DNA of 64,000 nt from Phaeosaccion multiseriatum (lineage: Eukaryota; Protista; Ochrophyta, other classes), in the NCBI GenBank assembly GCA_965112735.1, contig OZ218952.1:1550001-1614000 (forward strand), given 5' to 3'. The stretch's first letter is position 1. Each line of letters starts with the position of its first letter. Under the pieces are notes generated by a model. It made no database searches. It saw only the letters and a program-made list of their open reading frames with translations, and had not been told where the DNA came from. A program made the translations under genes and the position numbers. Positions 1 through 10,718 of the stretch are shown here, piece by piece.

Positions 1-301
1 CGTCCTTCCCTTCCTCTTGTCTATCATTTCCCGCAATTGAAGGGTGACGTTTCGCCCTCTTTCTTCCTCTCCTACTCACGTCGGTGGCAGCTCCTTGCGT
101 GGGCACAGGCATATACTGCAAAGTCTCCTCTTTCTGCTCCGCTCGCTCCCTTTTCACTCGTGCATGCCTCTTGCACATCCCACCACATGCACCCTAGGCC
201 TGTTTCCACCACCCCTCCTCACCATAATCCACCATCCATCCACCTCCAGTCCTTGACCACTCTCCGATGCCTTCCACCACACACACATTTCCCCAATTAG
301 C

Positions 302-490
302 ACTCACCTCAAGCGCCCGACTACCGAGCCCATAAGCTCTAAGATACATCTCACACGCTCAACAGAGCACCTCTTGCCCACCGGTCCGTGGAGAGCTTCT
401 CGCGCTCCGACTCACCTCAAGCGCCCGAATACCGAGCCCTAGGCTCTAATATACATCTCGCACTCCTCAACAGACCATCTCTTGACCACT
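302..490. repeat. Imperfect direct repeat, 2 copies of ~80 bp (~302-380 and ~410-490)
   Basis: ACTCACCTCAAGCGCCCGA(C/A)TACCGAGCCC...GCTCTAA(G/T)ATACATCTC...CTCAACAGA...CTCTTG occurs twice, about 108 bp apart. Confidence 0.85.
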
Positions 491-1003
491 ATCACTGCTC
501 CGTGGCCAAGGCAAAGTCCTCCCTGCCTCGAGTTGTCCCCAGCGTCCTTGAACTGCCTTTGAGAGTAAAAAATGCACCTGGCGAAGTTGACATCAGGATC
601 TCCGTGGCCCCTCCCTTCCTTTCTCTTGGGGATCCCGGCTGAGAGATAGGGTCTTTGAAGAGGTCGAGGGAGGGGGGAAGGTTTGGTAAGGCCGGCCCGG
701 CGCCGCGGGCCGGTGCCGCCCGCCAAAGCGCCAAAGTCGCCTCACAGATGGCTCGGATTTGAATAATGGCCGTTTGGTTGCGCAGCCCAGCCCGTCATTG
801 CTACTGCTACTGCTGCTGCTACTGCTGCTGCTGCAGCAGCTTGTGCGCTCCCTCAAAGCTCAGCTGATCCATCTGCTCGAAGGCCTCCACAACGGTCCAC
901 TTTCATCGCCATCAGCGAAGAGCAGCGGCCGCAGCACAACACCCTGTCGTGCAGGGCGGTGTGAATTTGTATTGCCTTCTGTGCAAGAGAGGGGGAAGGA
1001 ACC

Positions 1004-2406
1004 ATGCCGTACACAAAGACTGGCCTAAAGGTGCGAGAACGCGAAGGGGGTGTTTGGGAGAGCCCTGCTGCCCAGGACATGCTACGGAGTAGGAGAAGGA
1101 GCAAGAGCGTACCAAGGAGGAGACCATTGGCTACTCTGCATATGCAAGGGTCTCCACAGCGGTTGAGGTCTGCGAGTCAACACCCTCGAGGAGGAGCCGC
1201 AGCTGCTAGAAGGAGGGGATCAGTTGGGCCATACGCCGCAATGGCCTACGAACTTGAGGATGAAGAGAACGATGCTACGAACAACAGTGGTGCGTACAAC
1301 AGGGCGAGGGGCGGAGCCGCAGCAGGGAGAAGGAAGCCTGAGTGGAATCGTTGGCAGCACGACGCATCGGAGTATCGCCTGACGAGGGAGGAGGAGCTAC
1401 AGAAGAGGAGCTCTCTCATTAGCAAACACAACATCCTGTTCTTCAAGCCGCAGGATCCACACGCGACGGTCTCTCGCAAGCGTCGAGGTAGCAAGCGCAA
1501 GGGGAGCAAGAGAGCGGCACTGGAAGAGGCGACGGGTAGGGGTAGTAGTGCCTATGCTGGTGGGGTAGGAGGAGGAGGACCCAACAAGGAAAATTGTGAC
1601 CCTGCCAACAAGGAGAATTTTGATCCTGCTGCTGCCTTTGGGCCCCCGTGTGCCGCTGGAAGGAGGGGGGCAAAGGTGCAGCACAGAGCCGGCCGAGGAA
1701 GCGAGGAGAGGCATGTCCTTGCACCCTTGATGCTTTCCCGGGTTGCCTCTCGGAAGGCAGCGAGCGCTGCTACAGAAGCGGCGGGAAGGGGAGGAGGAGG
1801 AGGAGGAGGAGGAGGAGGAGGAGGAGGAGGGGGAGGAGAAGACGGCAAGAACGTGAGCCAATCTATCCTTGTCCCGATCGCCATCTCGGGAGAGGATGTG
1901 GCCCGTTCTGCTACTGCTGCTACTGCTGCTCCTACTGCCCCAATGGTGGACGGCAAGGGGCCAGCCCTCGTAAACATTGTCAACATCGAGGACGAAATTG
2001 CGGCCTTCCGACAGAGGATTGCGGAGCTCGAAGGCCTTGGCCTGGAGGAGGGTGGGGACGACGACGGAGACAGTAGTAACACGAGCAGTGGCTTTGGAAG
2101 TGCAGGGAGGTACGAGGAGGACAGAGAGGAGAGGGTGGAGGCGGCGGAGAAGGAGGTGGTGGAGGGGAAGCAGCATCGGCAGGAGCAGGTGCACGAGGAA
2201 CAAGGAGGAGGGGGGGAGCGCGGGGGAGAGTTTGAACAGGGTGAGCGTCAAGAGCAGCAGCAGGAGGAGGAGCAGCAGGAGGAGGAAGAGGAGGAGGAGG
2301 AGGAGGAAGAGGATGGCACCAGCGAAGTAGAGGAGCGCAGAGATGCCGTGACGGCGGAACCAAGTGCACCACTCACGCCCACCAACCCGTGGGACGAAGA
2401 ACCAAA

Positions 2407-2467
<61 letters not shown>

Positions 2468-3910
2468 GTAGCAGCAGAAGGAGAAGTGGCAGCGGCGTTG
2501 GATGCATCTCCTGAGGATGCGGCCCCCACCTCTCCTGCTCCCAGGCCCACTACTGCTACTACTTGCACACCTGTGGACCTTGCTTCGAAGCTCGACCTCC
2601 TGGCGGGAGTGGTCCAGCGAGCGGAGGCGTCCAACGCTATGCGAGCCCAGGGGATGGCAGACTTTCACCAGATGCTTCTCACCATTGTGGACATCACGAC
2701 CGACCTGTCGGGCCGCCTTGATGAGGCGGAGAAGCGGCTGGCGCTGGAGGTGGAGAGCAACAAGCTTCTGGAAGAGACCGTGCTGTCGCTGCAAGACAGT
2801 TTCGATAGCCTCAGCCTTCAGCAGCGGAAGCCGCAGCAGTGGGAGGAGCAGCAGCAGCAGCGGGATGCCTCCTCCTCCGGGACAGGTAGGGCTGGTGAGT
2901 GTACAGGTGCAGGTGCTGGCCGTCCGCGGCAGCGCCTGACGCACTCCGCCGCTGTGACTCCAAAGAGGAGTAGTACCAACGCCTACGCCACGCCGGCAAC
3001 GGCAGCTGCAGCAGGAGGAGGAGGACGAGGGGGAGAAGTAGGAGGCGCATACCCAGTCAGGCCAAGCAACAGGCCCTCCTCCAGAGCGTTCCACGAAGGT
3101 TCTTCCCGAGGGGGAGCTCTTGCGGCGGCGGCGACGACGGCTCTTGGTCATGACGTCACAACGCCTGTGCAGGTGTACGACAGCGAGAGAGACGCCTATG
3201 GTGCTGCCCTGGACACAGCGGACAAGCTCGCCTCTCGAGCGGTGGGGGGAGGGGGAGAGGGAGGGGCAGCAGTCACCAAGGCCAGCAGGGGCCATGGGTG
3301 TGGCAGTGTCACCACAGGGGTGGTTGGGTCCAATGGCAGGGAAGAAGCAGCAGCAACACCGATGAAAGGCGATGGATCTCTGCCCTTTGGAGCGGGCATG
3401 GAGATGGAGGGGAAGCTGGAGAAGGACAGGGGAGGGCCACCGGCGATGGAGGGAAGGGGCACCAGCACCAGCCCGAGCAGCGATGGGGCCTTTCCCTGGG
3501 CCCCTGCGCCGGCTGCCATGGGGAGCGAAAGCAGCAGCGGCAGCAGGGGCAGGGGCAGCATCAGCCCAAAGCGCTGCCGCAACTACTCCCTCATGCCCAC
3601 CTTCATCACCTCCTCCACCAACAGCAGCAGCACCAACACGAGCAACAGCAGCAGCAGCAGCAGCAACAGCCAGCAACCCAAAGAAGCCGCCCCTACGCCG
3701 TCCAAAGCGCCGGTACACCCCTTCCGAAGCGGAGGACGAGCGGCGTTGGGCAAGGCGGCCTCTCATGAGTCCTACTCCTCCACCCCGTTGCCCCCACGGC
3801 AGGAGCAGCAGCAGCAGCAGCAGCAGGAGGAGGAGGAGGAGGAGGAGGAGAGGCAGCAGCAGGGGGAGGTGCAAGGGCATTTGCTCGGGGAGTGGTACGC
3901 GGTATCGTGA
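1004..3910 (+). CDS. Intronless low-complexity/coiled-coil protein with a SPICE1 (spindle and centriole-associated protein 1)-like N-terminal motif; start codon uncertain (1004, 1142 or 1240)
   Basis: 968-aa ORF that stays in frame through triplet repeats. RRKPEWNRWQHDASEYRLTREEELQKRSSLISKHNIL (~1334-1438) resembles the SPICE1 N-terminal EW...D...R.T.E....R.....SK.N pattern. Coiled-coil segments include IEDEIAAFRQRIAELE and LSGRLDEAEKRLALEVESNKLLEE. Confidence 0.6.
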
Positions 3911-5225
3911 GGGGGAGAGGGGAGAAAGGCTCGAGCTCGAGTACGCGATCGATCCATCGATCAGGCTCTGCTCAAGCTCAAAGCAGAGGGCGCAGGCAGG
4001 CAAGTTGTAAGACAAAGGAAGCAAGACGGCCGGCGGCAGAAGATTCACCCACCGACCGACGAACCGATCCTCCGACCGGCTGGTGTGGGCGCGTGTTGAG
4101 TGCCGGAAGAGGGGGGAATAAGAGAGAATGCTGCACAATTGGTGAGCAAGATGCGACTGAGTGCAGTGTCGCCAGAGGGAGCAGTGGTGGCAAGGAGAGG
4201 GCCGTGAGGGAGGGAGAGGCCTGGCCATGGGTCTCTCCTATTGGACATGTATGAAAGAGGGGTGGGGCGACAAGACAAGGGAGTGTTGGCTCGAGTGTGT
4301 GAGTTCGAGTTAGTCGCATCTCAGCCCTCGTCGAGTGGAGGGGGGGGGGTGGCACCCCTCTTCCCTCTGCACGTGGGGCCTCTGCCTTCTGCTCAGTCTG
4401 TCAAGAGAAGCACCACTGGTTGATGACGGGGGACAGGGTGGAAAGGCACATGGGAAAGGCATATGGGCCTGCTCTGCACTACACGGTGGAACTCGATACA
4501 CGTTACAGTATTGATAAAGCAGTGAGGGGAGGGAGGGGGTTAAGTGAGTGTACTCTTGACCCGGGGGCGGGGGGGGGAGTAAGTAATCAGTCATAACGTC
4601 ATAACAATTAACGGTGAAGTGGACTTGACGAAACCTCCTCGACTTGCTTCTTCTAACATGCATTTCTATACTACGCGCGAAGGAGGCTGTTAGTTTGGTG
4701 GTGGCTTTGGTTGCGCCCGCCGCCTCAAGCCGTTTCTCCCTCTCTCCCCTCTCCTGCTGCGGCGCTTCAGTCTTTCTGATTGTCATGCTGACCACCCCTT
4801 GGCAAAGTGCACAAGGCAAGAGACAGTTGAGAGGCAGAGAAGTAAAGTAGAGAAGCAGAGAGGGACAAGAGGCCGTCGACACCAAGGCAGGCAGCGCCTC
4901 GTCCCCCCCGCCGCTCGGGGCATGTTGTTGCAAGCGATACCCATCCTCTTTCCACTTTGTCATTTGTTGTACATGCAGCCTACGATACACTGGCCATCAC
5001 TGCAAAGAAGGAAAAGCCTCTTGAGTGCGTCCGGCAGGGGCTTCTCAGAAGGGGCAAAAGGTGGTGATGAAAACTGTCCAATTATATATGTAAGTACTAT
5101 TCAAACAAGGTGGGAAACGCATAATCAACAACAGGACATGAGCGAACACGCTAGGGCAGGCTCAAGGCAGTTGGCTAAAGCGGTCTGGTCCGTATAGGCA
5201 AAACAAATAGGGATCCAGGCGGGGT

Positions 5226-6548
5226 CTATTTCTTTCCCTTCTTCTCGTTCTCCTTGCGCGTAGTGGCCTTGATGACTCCCACGGCGACGGTCTGACGCAT
5301 GTCACGCACGGCAAAGCGTCCGAGGGGGGGGTACTCCGAGAAGGACTCGACGCACATGGGCTTGGTGGGCTCGAGGTTGACCATGCATGCGTCTCCGGTC
5401 TTGACGAACTTGGGGTTCTCCTCCATCACCTTTCCAGATCGGCGGTCCATCTTCTGCGTAATCTCAGCGAACTTGCAGGCAACGTGGGCGGTGTGGCAAT
5501 CCAGCACGGGCGAGTAGCCCTGCGAGATCTGGCCGGGGTGGTTCATCACAATCACCTGCGCGTTGAAGGTGGAGCAACCCCTGGGGGGGTCGTTCTTGAT
5601 GTCACCAGCCACGTATCCACGCTTGATGTCCTTGACGGAAACGTTCTTCACGTTGAAGCCGACGTTGTCTCCGGGCTGCGCCTCCGGCAGAGACTCGTGG
5701 TGCATCTCCACCGACTTGACCTCAGTGGACACGCCCGCAGGGGCGAACTCCACAGTCATGCCGGGCTTGATGACTCCCGTCTCCACTCGGCCCACGGGTA
5801 CTGTGCCGATACCGCCAATCTTGTACACATCCTGCAGGGGCAGACGCAGGGGCTTGTCGCTGGGGCGCTTGGGGGGGTTGCAGTTGTCGAGCGCCTCCAG
5901 CAGGTAGGGGCCCTTGTACCAAGGCATGTTGGTGGACTTGTCGATCATGTTGTCTCCCGCCCACCCAGAAATGGGCACGAAGGGGATCTTGGCGGGCTTG
6001 TACCCGACCTTCTTCAGGTACGAGGTCACTTCCTCCTTGATCTCCTTGTATCGGCTCTCTCCGTACATGACGGAGCTGTCGTCCATCTTGTTGACACACA
6101 CAATCATCTGCTTCACACCCAGCGTGAAGGCCAGCAGCGCGTGCTCTCGGGTCTGTCCATCCTTCGAGATACCTGCCTCGAACTCTCCCACTCCAGACGC
6201 CACCACCAGCACAGCCACATCGGCCTGCGAGGTTCCCGTAATCATGTTCTTGATGAAATCACGGTGGCCAGGGGCGTCAATGACGGTAAAGTCGAACTTG
6301 GGCGACTCGAACTTCCACAGAGCGATATCGATGGTGATACCACGCTCGCGCTCGGCCTTGAGGTTATCAAGCACCCATGCATACTTGAAAGAGGACTTTC
6401 CGAGCTCGGCAGCCTCCTTCTCGAACTTCTCAATGGTACGCTTGTCGATACCTCCGCACTTGTAGATCAAGTGACCGGTGGTCGTCGACTTTCCGGCATC
6501 GACGTGCCCGATAACCACCAGGTTGATATGAATCTTCTCCTTTCCCAT
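5226..6548 (-). CDS. EF1A: Translation elongation factor 1-alpha, copy 1 (intronless CDS, 440 aa)
   Basis: [37 protein letters not shown]; GTPase motifs [13 protein letters not shown] and NKMD; C-terminal [21 protein letters not shown]. Confidence 0.99.
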   Translation of the reverse strand: MGKEKIHINLVVIGHVDAGKSTTTGHLIYKCGGIDKRTIEKFEKEAAELGKSSFKYAWVLDNLKAERERGITIDIALWKFESPKFDFTVIDAPGHRDFIKNMITGTSQADVAVLVVASGVGEFEAGISKDGQTREHALLAFTLGVKQMIVCVNKMDDSSVMYGESRYKEIKEEVTSYLKKVGYKPAKIPFVPISGWAGDNMIDKSTNMPWYKGPYLLEALDNCNPPKRPSDKPLRLPLQDVYKIGGIGTVPVGRVETGVIKPGMTVEFAPAGVSTEVKSVEMHHESLPEAQPGDNVGFNVKNVSVKDIKRGYVAGDIKNDPPRGCSTFNAQVIVMNHPGQISQGYSPVLDCHTAHVACKFAEITQKMDRRSGKVMEENPKFVKTGDACMVNLEPTKPMCVESFSEYPPLGRFAVRDMRQTVAVGVIKATTRKENEKKGKK

Positions 6549-7724
6549 GGTTGCTGCTGTTGTTGCTACAGTAGTTCTACGAGCAGCTTCTTTGTCTCAG
6601 CGAGTGCCCCCACAACCACATATGGCGAATTTGCGTGGCAGTGTCCTGGCCCAAAAAAGCCATCCCCCCCCCCTCGGGTTTTTTTTCATGGCACAGAGCG
6701 CCTCGCCCCATTGTCGATCTTGAGGTACGTGGAGAGAGGAGACGAGCGCTTGTGTAGAGGGCGGTGCGAGAGCGTAGGAAAGAGGGCTTGTAGGGGTTTG
6801 TTGGGGAGGTGTTTTTCTTGCTTGTGTGCGTTTTGGGGGCTTTTGTGTAGGAGGAAGGTGCGGGGAACGGGGATGTTCCCTTCCTCACCGTCGATCTACA
6901 AAAGGGCCAGCGTTGGCAACTGAACGTGCTGTGGCAGCTGTGGAGTTTTGCAGCGGTTCAGGAGGGAAAGGGCGTGTTTGGAAGCGGGTTGTGCTGTTTT
7001 TTTGGCTCAGCTGCAGAAGATGTTCCTTCTCCAGCGGGGGGGGGGGGGCGCTTATTTTTTGAGTGGAGGAGACGGTGTAGGTAGTAGCAGCAGCAGCAGC
7101 AGCAGCAGCAGCACGTAGCAGCACGCTGCAGTGACAGCAGAACTAGGTGCAGCTGTAGCCAACGAAATGCGCTCTCGAGACGGTTGAAGCGCTGCGACAA
7201 TTTATGAGGAGAGGGAGAGGGAGAGCGCCTTCCGCGTATCTACTCCTCCGTGCGAGCCTTTGGCCAGCCTCGGCTGCGCACGGAGCGCGCAGAGCCTACC
7301 CTGTCGCTAGTACCACAGCTCGAGACCGCGCTGGGAACGCATTTGCAGCTGTTCGGGGAATTGCGATGGATTTGGGGCGAGGGTTTCACCATTGCCACAC
7401 ACAGCAGCGGCACGTTTAGGGCTGGCTGCAGGAGGAGTGGAGTAGCAGCTTGCAGAGCTCCGTATCCATTGTGACTTGAGTGTAGAAATCAGAGCTGGCC
7501 TTTCCTGACAAGACGTACTTTACTAGTCCTCGAGGCTTGACCTTGCACCGCCGTCTGTGGCCCTCCTTGTTGCGCGGAGGCAGCAACCTCTTATTTGTCG
7601 TTCCTCCCTGAGTTGTTTCCTTCTCTCGAAGCGCATTTCAACTGACTCAATCCGTTTTTTCCTCCCCCCTCCCTCCCCCCTTCCTGTACCTCCGCAGCTT
7701 TTTCTCTCAACAACATCAGCAACC
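6549..7724. promoter_or_regulatory. Shared divergent promoter/5'UTR region between the two EF1A copies
   Basis: 1176-bp spacer between head-to-head ATGs. Both copies have CAACAACA(G/T)CAGCAACC-ATG context, and there is a probable 5'UTR intron acceptor (CCTCCGCAG at ~7697) before copy 2. Confidence 0.6.
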
Positions 7725-9047
7725 ATGGGAAAGGAGAAGATTCATATCAACCTGGTGGTTATCGGGCACGTCGATGCCGGAAAGTCGACGACCACCGGTC
7801 ACTTGATCTACAAGTGCGGAGGTATCGACAAGCGTACCATTGAGAAGTTCGAGAAGGAGGCTGCCGAGCTCGGAAAGTCCTCTTTCAAGTATGCATGGGT
7901 GCTTGATAACCTCAAGGCCGAGCGCGAGCGTGGTATCACCATCGATATCGCTCTGTGGAAGTTCGAGTCGCCCAAGTTCGACTTTACCGTCATTGACGCC
8001 CCTGGCCACCGTGATTTCATCAAGAACATGATTACGGGAACCTCGCAGGCCGATGTGGCTGTGCTGGTGGTGGCGTCTGGAGTGGGAGAGTTCGAGGCAG
8101 GTATCTCGAAGGATGGACAGACCCGAGAGCACGCGCTGCTGGCCTTCACGCTGGGTGTGAAGCAGATGATTGTGTGTGTCAACAAGATGGACGACAGCTC
8201 CGTCATGTACGGAGAGAGCCGATACAAGGAGATCAAGGAGGAAGTGACCTCGTACCTGAAGAAGGTCGGGTACAAGCCCGCCAAGATCCCCTTCGTGCCC
8301 ATTTCTGGGTGGGCGGGAGACAACATGATCGACAAGTCCACCAACATGCCTTGGTACAAGGGCCCCTACCTGCTGGAGGCGCTCGACAACTGCAACCCCC
8401 CCAAGCGCCCCAGCGACAAGCCCCTGCGTCTGCCCCTGCAGGATGTGTACAAGATTGGCGGTATCGGCACAGTACCCGTGGGCCGAGTGGAGACGGGAGT
8501 CATCAAGCCCGGCATGACTGTGGAGTTCGCCCCTGCGGGCGTGTCCACTGAGGTCAAGTCGGTGGAGATGCACCACGAGTCTCTGCCGGAGGCGCAGCCC
8601 GGAGACAACGTCGGCTTCAACGTGAAGAACGTTTCCGTCAAGGACATCAAGCGTGGATACGTGGCTGGTGACATCAAGAACGACCCCCCCAGGGGTTGCT
8701 CCACCTTCAACGCGCAGGTGATTGTGATGAACCACCCCGGCCAGATCTCGCAGGGCTACTCGCCCGTGCTGGATTGCCACACCGCCCACGTTGCCTGCAA
8801 GTTCGCTGAGATTACGCAGAAGATGGACCGCCGATCTGGAAAGGTGATGGAGGAGAACCCCAAGTTCGTCAAGACCGGAGACGCATGCATGGTCAACCTC
8901 GAGCCCACCAAGCCCATGTGCGTCGAGTCCTTCTCGGAGTACCCCCCCCTCGGACGCTTTGCCGTGCGTGACATGCGTCAGACCGTCGCCGTGGGAGTCA
9001 TCAAGGCCACCACGCGCAAGGAGAACGAGAAGAAGGGAAAGAAATAG
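7725..9047 (+). CDS. EF1A: Translation elongation factor 1-alpha, copy 2 (intronless CDS, 440 aa, same protein as copy 1)
   Basis: ATG at 7725 (AACCATGGGA). Translation is identical to 5226..6548, and coordinates are mirror-symmetric (sum 14273). Confidence 0.99.
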   Translation: MGKEKIHINLVVIGHVDAGKSTTTGHLIYKCGGIDKRTIEKFEKEAAELGKSSFKYAWVLDNLKAERERGITIDIALWKFESPKFDFTVIDAPGHRDFIKNMITGTSQADVAVLVVASGVGEFEAGISKDGQTREHALLAFTLGVKQMIVCVNKMDDSSVMYGESRYKEIKEEVTSYLKKVGYKPAKIPFVPISGWAGDNMIDKSTNMPWYKGPYLLEALDNCNPPKRPSDKPLRLPLQDVYKIGGIGTVPVGRVETGVIKPGMTVEFAPAGVSTEVKSVEMHHESLPEAQPGDNVGFNVKNVSVKDIKRGYVAGDIKNDPPRGCSTFNAQVIVMNHPGQISQGYSPVLDCHTAHVACKFAEITQKMDRRSGKVMEENPKFVKTGDACMVNLEPTKPMCVESFSEYPPLGRFAVRDMRQTVAVGVIKATTRKENEKKGKK

Positions 9048-9821
9048 ACCCTTCCTGGATCCCTATTTTTTTATGACCCAAGAGAAGCAGTGGTCGACAG
9101 CACTGGTTGGGGCTGAGTGGAGGCACTGACTGACCAGTGGAGGGAGGAAGAGGGCGAGGGTGTGTGCCTCCTCCTTCTCTCCGCCTCCTCTTCTCTTTCT
9201 CTGCTGCCCAGCTGGAGGGAGACTGAAGGACTGATGCGGCAATGGGGCGCGGAGGAGGAGAAGAGATGGCAATGGATGGGCGTCTGGGGCAGGACATTTT
9301 GTAGTTTTTGATTGTGTTGTGAGTTATGTGCTATGTCCGTCCGTGTTGAGTTGCGCCCGGGAAGGGAGGTGGGGAGGGGGTGGGGAAAGGGAGGGGTAGC
9401 TCAGTTCTCTCTTCTCGTCGCTATCGGGATGACTTGATTGAATGTTGGACCCTGGCAGAGGGGTTTCCACTTGTCGACGGCTCGCCAATAGGATAGGGCA
9501 AACGCAGACTCTGATGAAGACCCGTGGCGTTCATTAGGCATATGGCTCTTTTTAGTAGGGGCTTTTATTCCATTAATGAAACACATCTGAACAAGCCTCT
9601 CCTTTTGCCTGTTTGCTCCTGTTCGTCTTGTTTTGTCCACATGACTCCCGCGTGGAGTCGGAGAGTAGGGACTTGATTTTCATTGTTGCTGTTCCATGAC
9701 GTCACATGACCGTCGAATCGCTCTGCTCGCGCAGCCCTGGGGCTTGCCCCTCCCTACTGCGACCATCTGTGTCTCTCACTTCTGCTTCTGCTGCTGCTAC
9801 TACTGCTTTGCGGTACCACCA

Positions 9822-9858
<37 letters not shown>

Positions 9859-10397
9859 ACTGCTACTAGTACTGCTTTGCTGGTGCTTTACTGCTGCTCT
9901 CGAGCAAAACCTCACGCCTTTCACGCGTTGGAACGAAACCCCGGCACTCCAAAAGAAGGAAGAGGGCTCATCCCCCCCCCCTTCGTGCGGCGATGCGTGT
10001 GCGGCTGTGACTGCGGCTGGGCCCCAAAGGCCCCAAGGCTCCAAATAGGTTGCCCAGTACAGTACAGCTCTGCGTGCATTGCTTGTGTCCCTCCCTCCGG
10101 GTGTGTGCGTGCGTGCGTGCGTGGGTGTGTACGTGCTCGCACACCCCCCAGTCACATGACGCCACCTCAGCTCAACTCACCCCACCTCGCTTCTCATCAA
10201 CCTCGTGCTCGAGCCCAAGCTGCACCCTGCCCGCCTACACGGACGCGGGTGCACTCACTCGTGGTGATGCCGCAGTGGGCAGTGGCATGAATAGGGGAGG
10301 TGGGGGGGGGAGTGGCCGCGAGTCAAGTGCTGAGTTTGTTATCCGTCTTCCTTCCTCCTTCCGCCGTCATCCGATCGTCGCTCCGTTCTCTCGCCAG

Positions 10398-10657
10398 TCA
10401 AGACGATCCTGCTGTTGGAGCTGGAGTCGTCCCCAACAGAGACGATCGTAACAGCTGCTCCATTCGGTGCGCCTCCTCACTCCGTTGCTGACAGTGGCCT
10501 TTTTGAAACGCCGATGCCCCTCCCCCCCCGCCGCCGCTTCCGCCCGTGCTATTATTATTGCCCGTGCTATTATTATTGCCCGTGCCCGCGATCGGGCCCG
10601 CGCTCGCCTTCTTGCTTGCACCACCGGTATTGGCCTTGCCCGAGGAAGGGTTCTTCC

Positions 10658-10718
<61 letters not shown>

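Noticed and set aside
1397-4228. 943-aa minus-strand ORF
   Set aside because: Antisense shadow of the 1004-3910 ORF; its poly-L/poly-C comes from triplet repeats and it has no domain signal.
5484-6923. 479-aa + ORF and other ORFs overlapping EF1A (also 7716-8789 -)
   Set aside because: Antisense open frames caused by the strong GC3 codon bias of EF1A.
7557-7724. 56-aa N-terminal extension of EF1A copy 2 in the ORF track
   Set aside because: Non-ATG start; the region is pyrimidine-rich with a 3' splice-site-like CCGCAG. The true ATG at 7725 mirrors copy 1.
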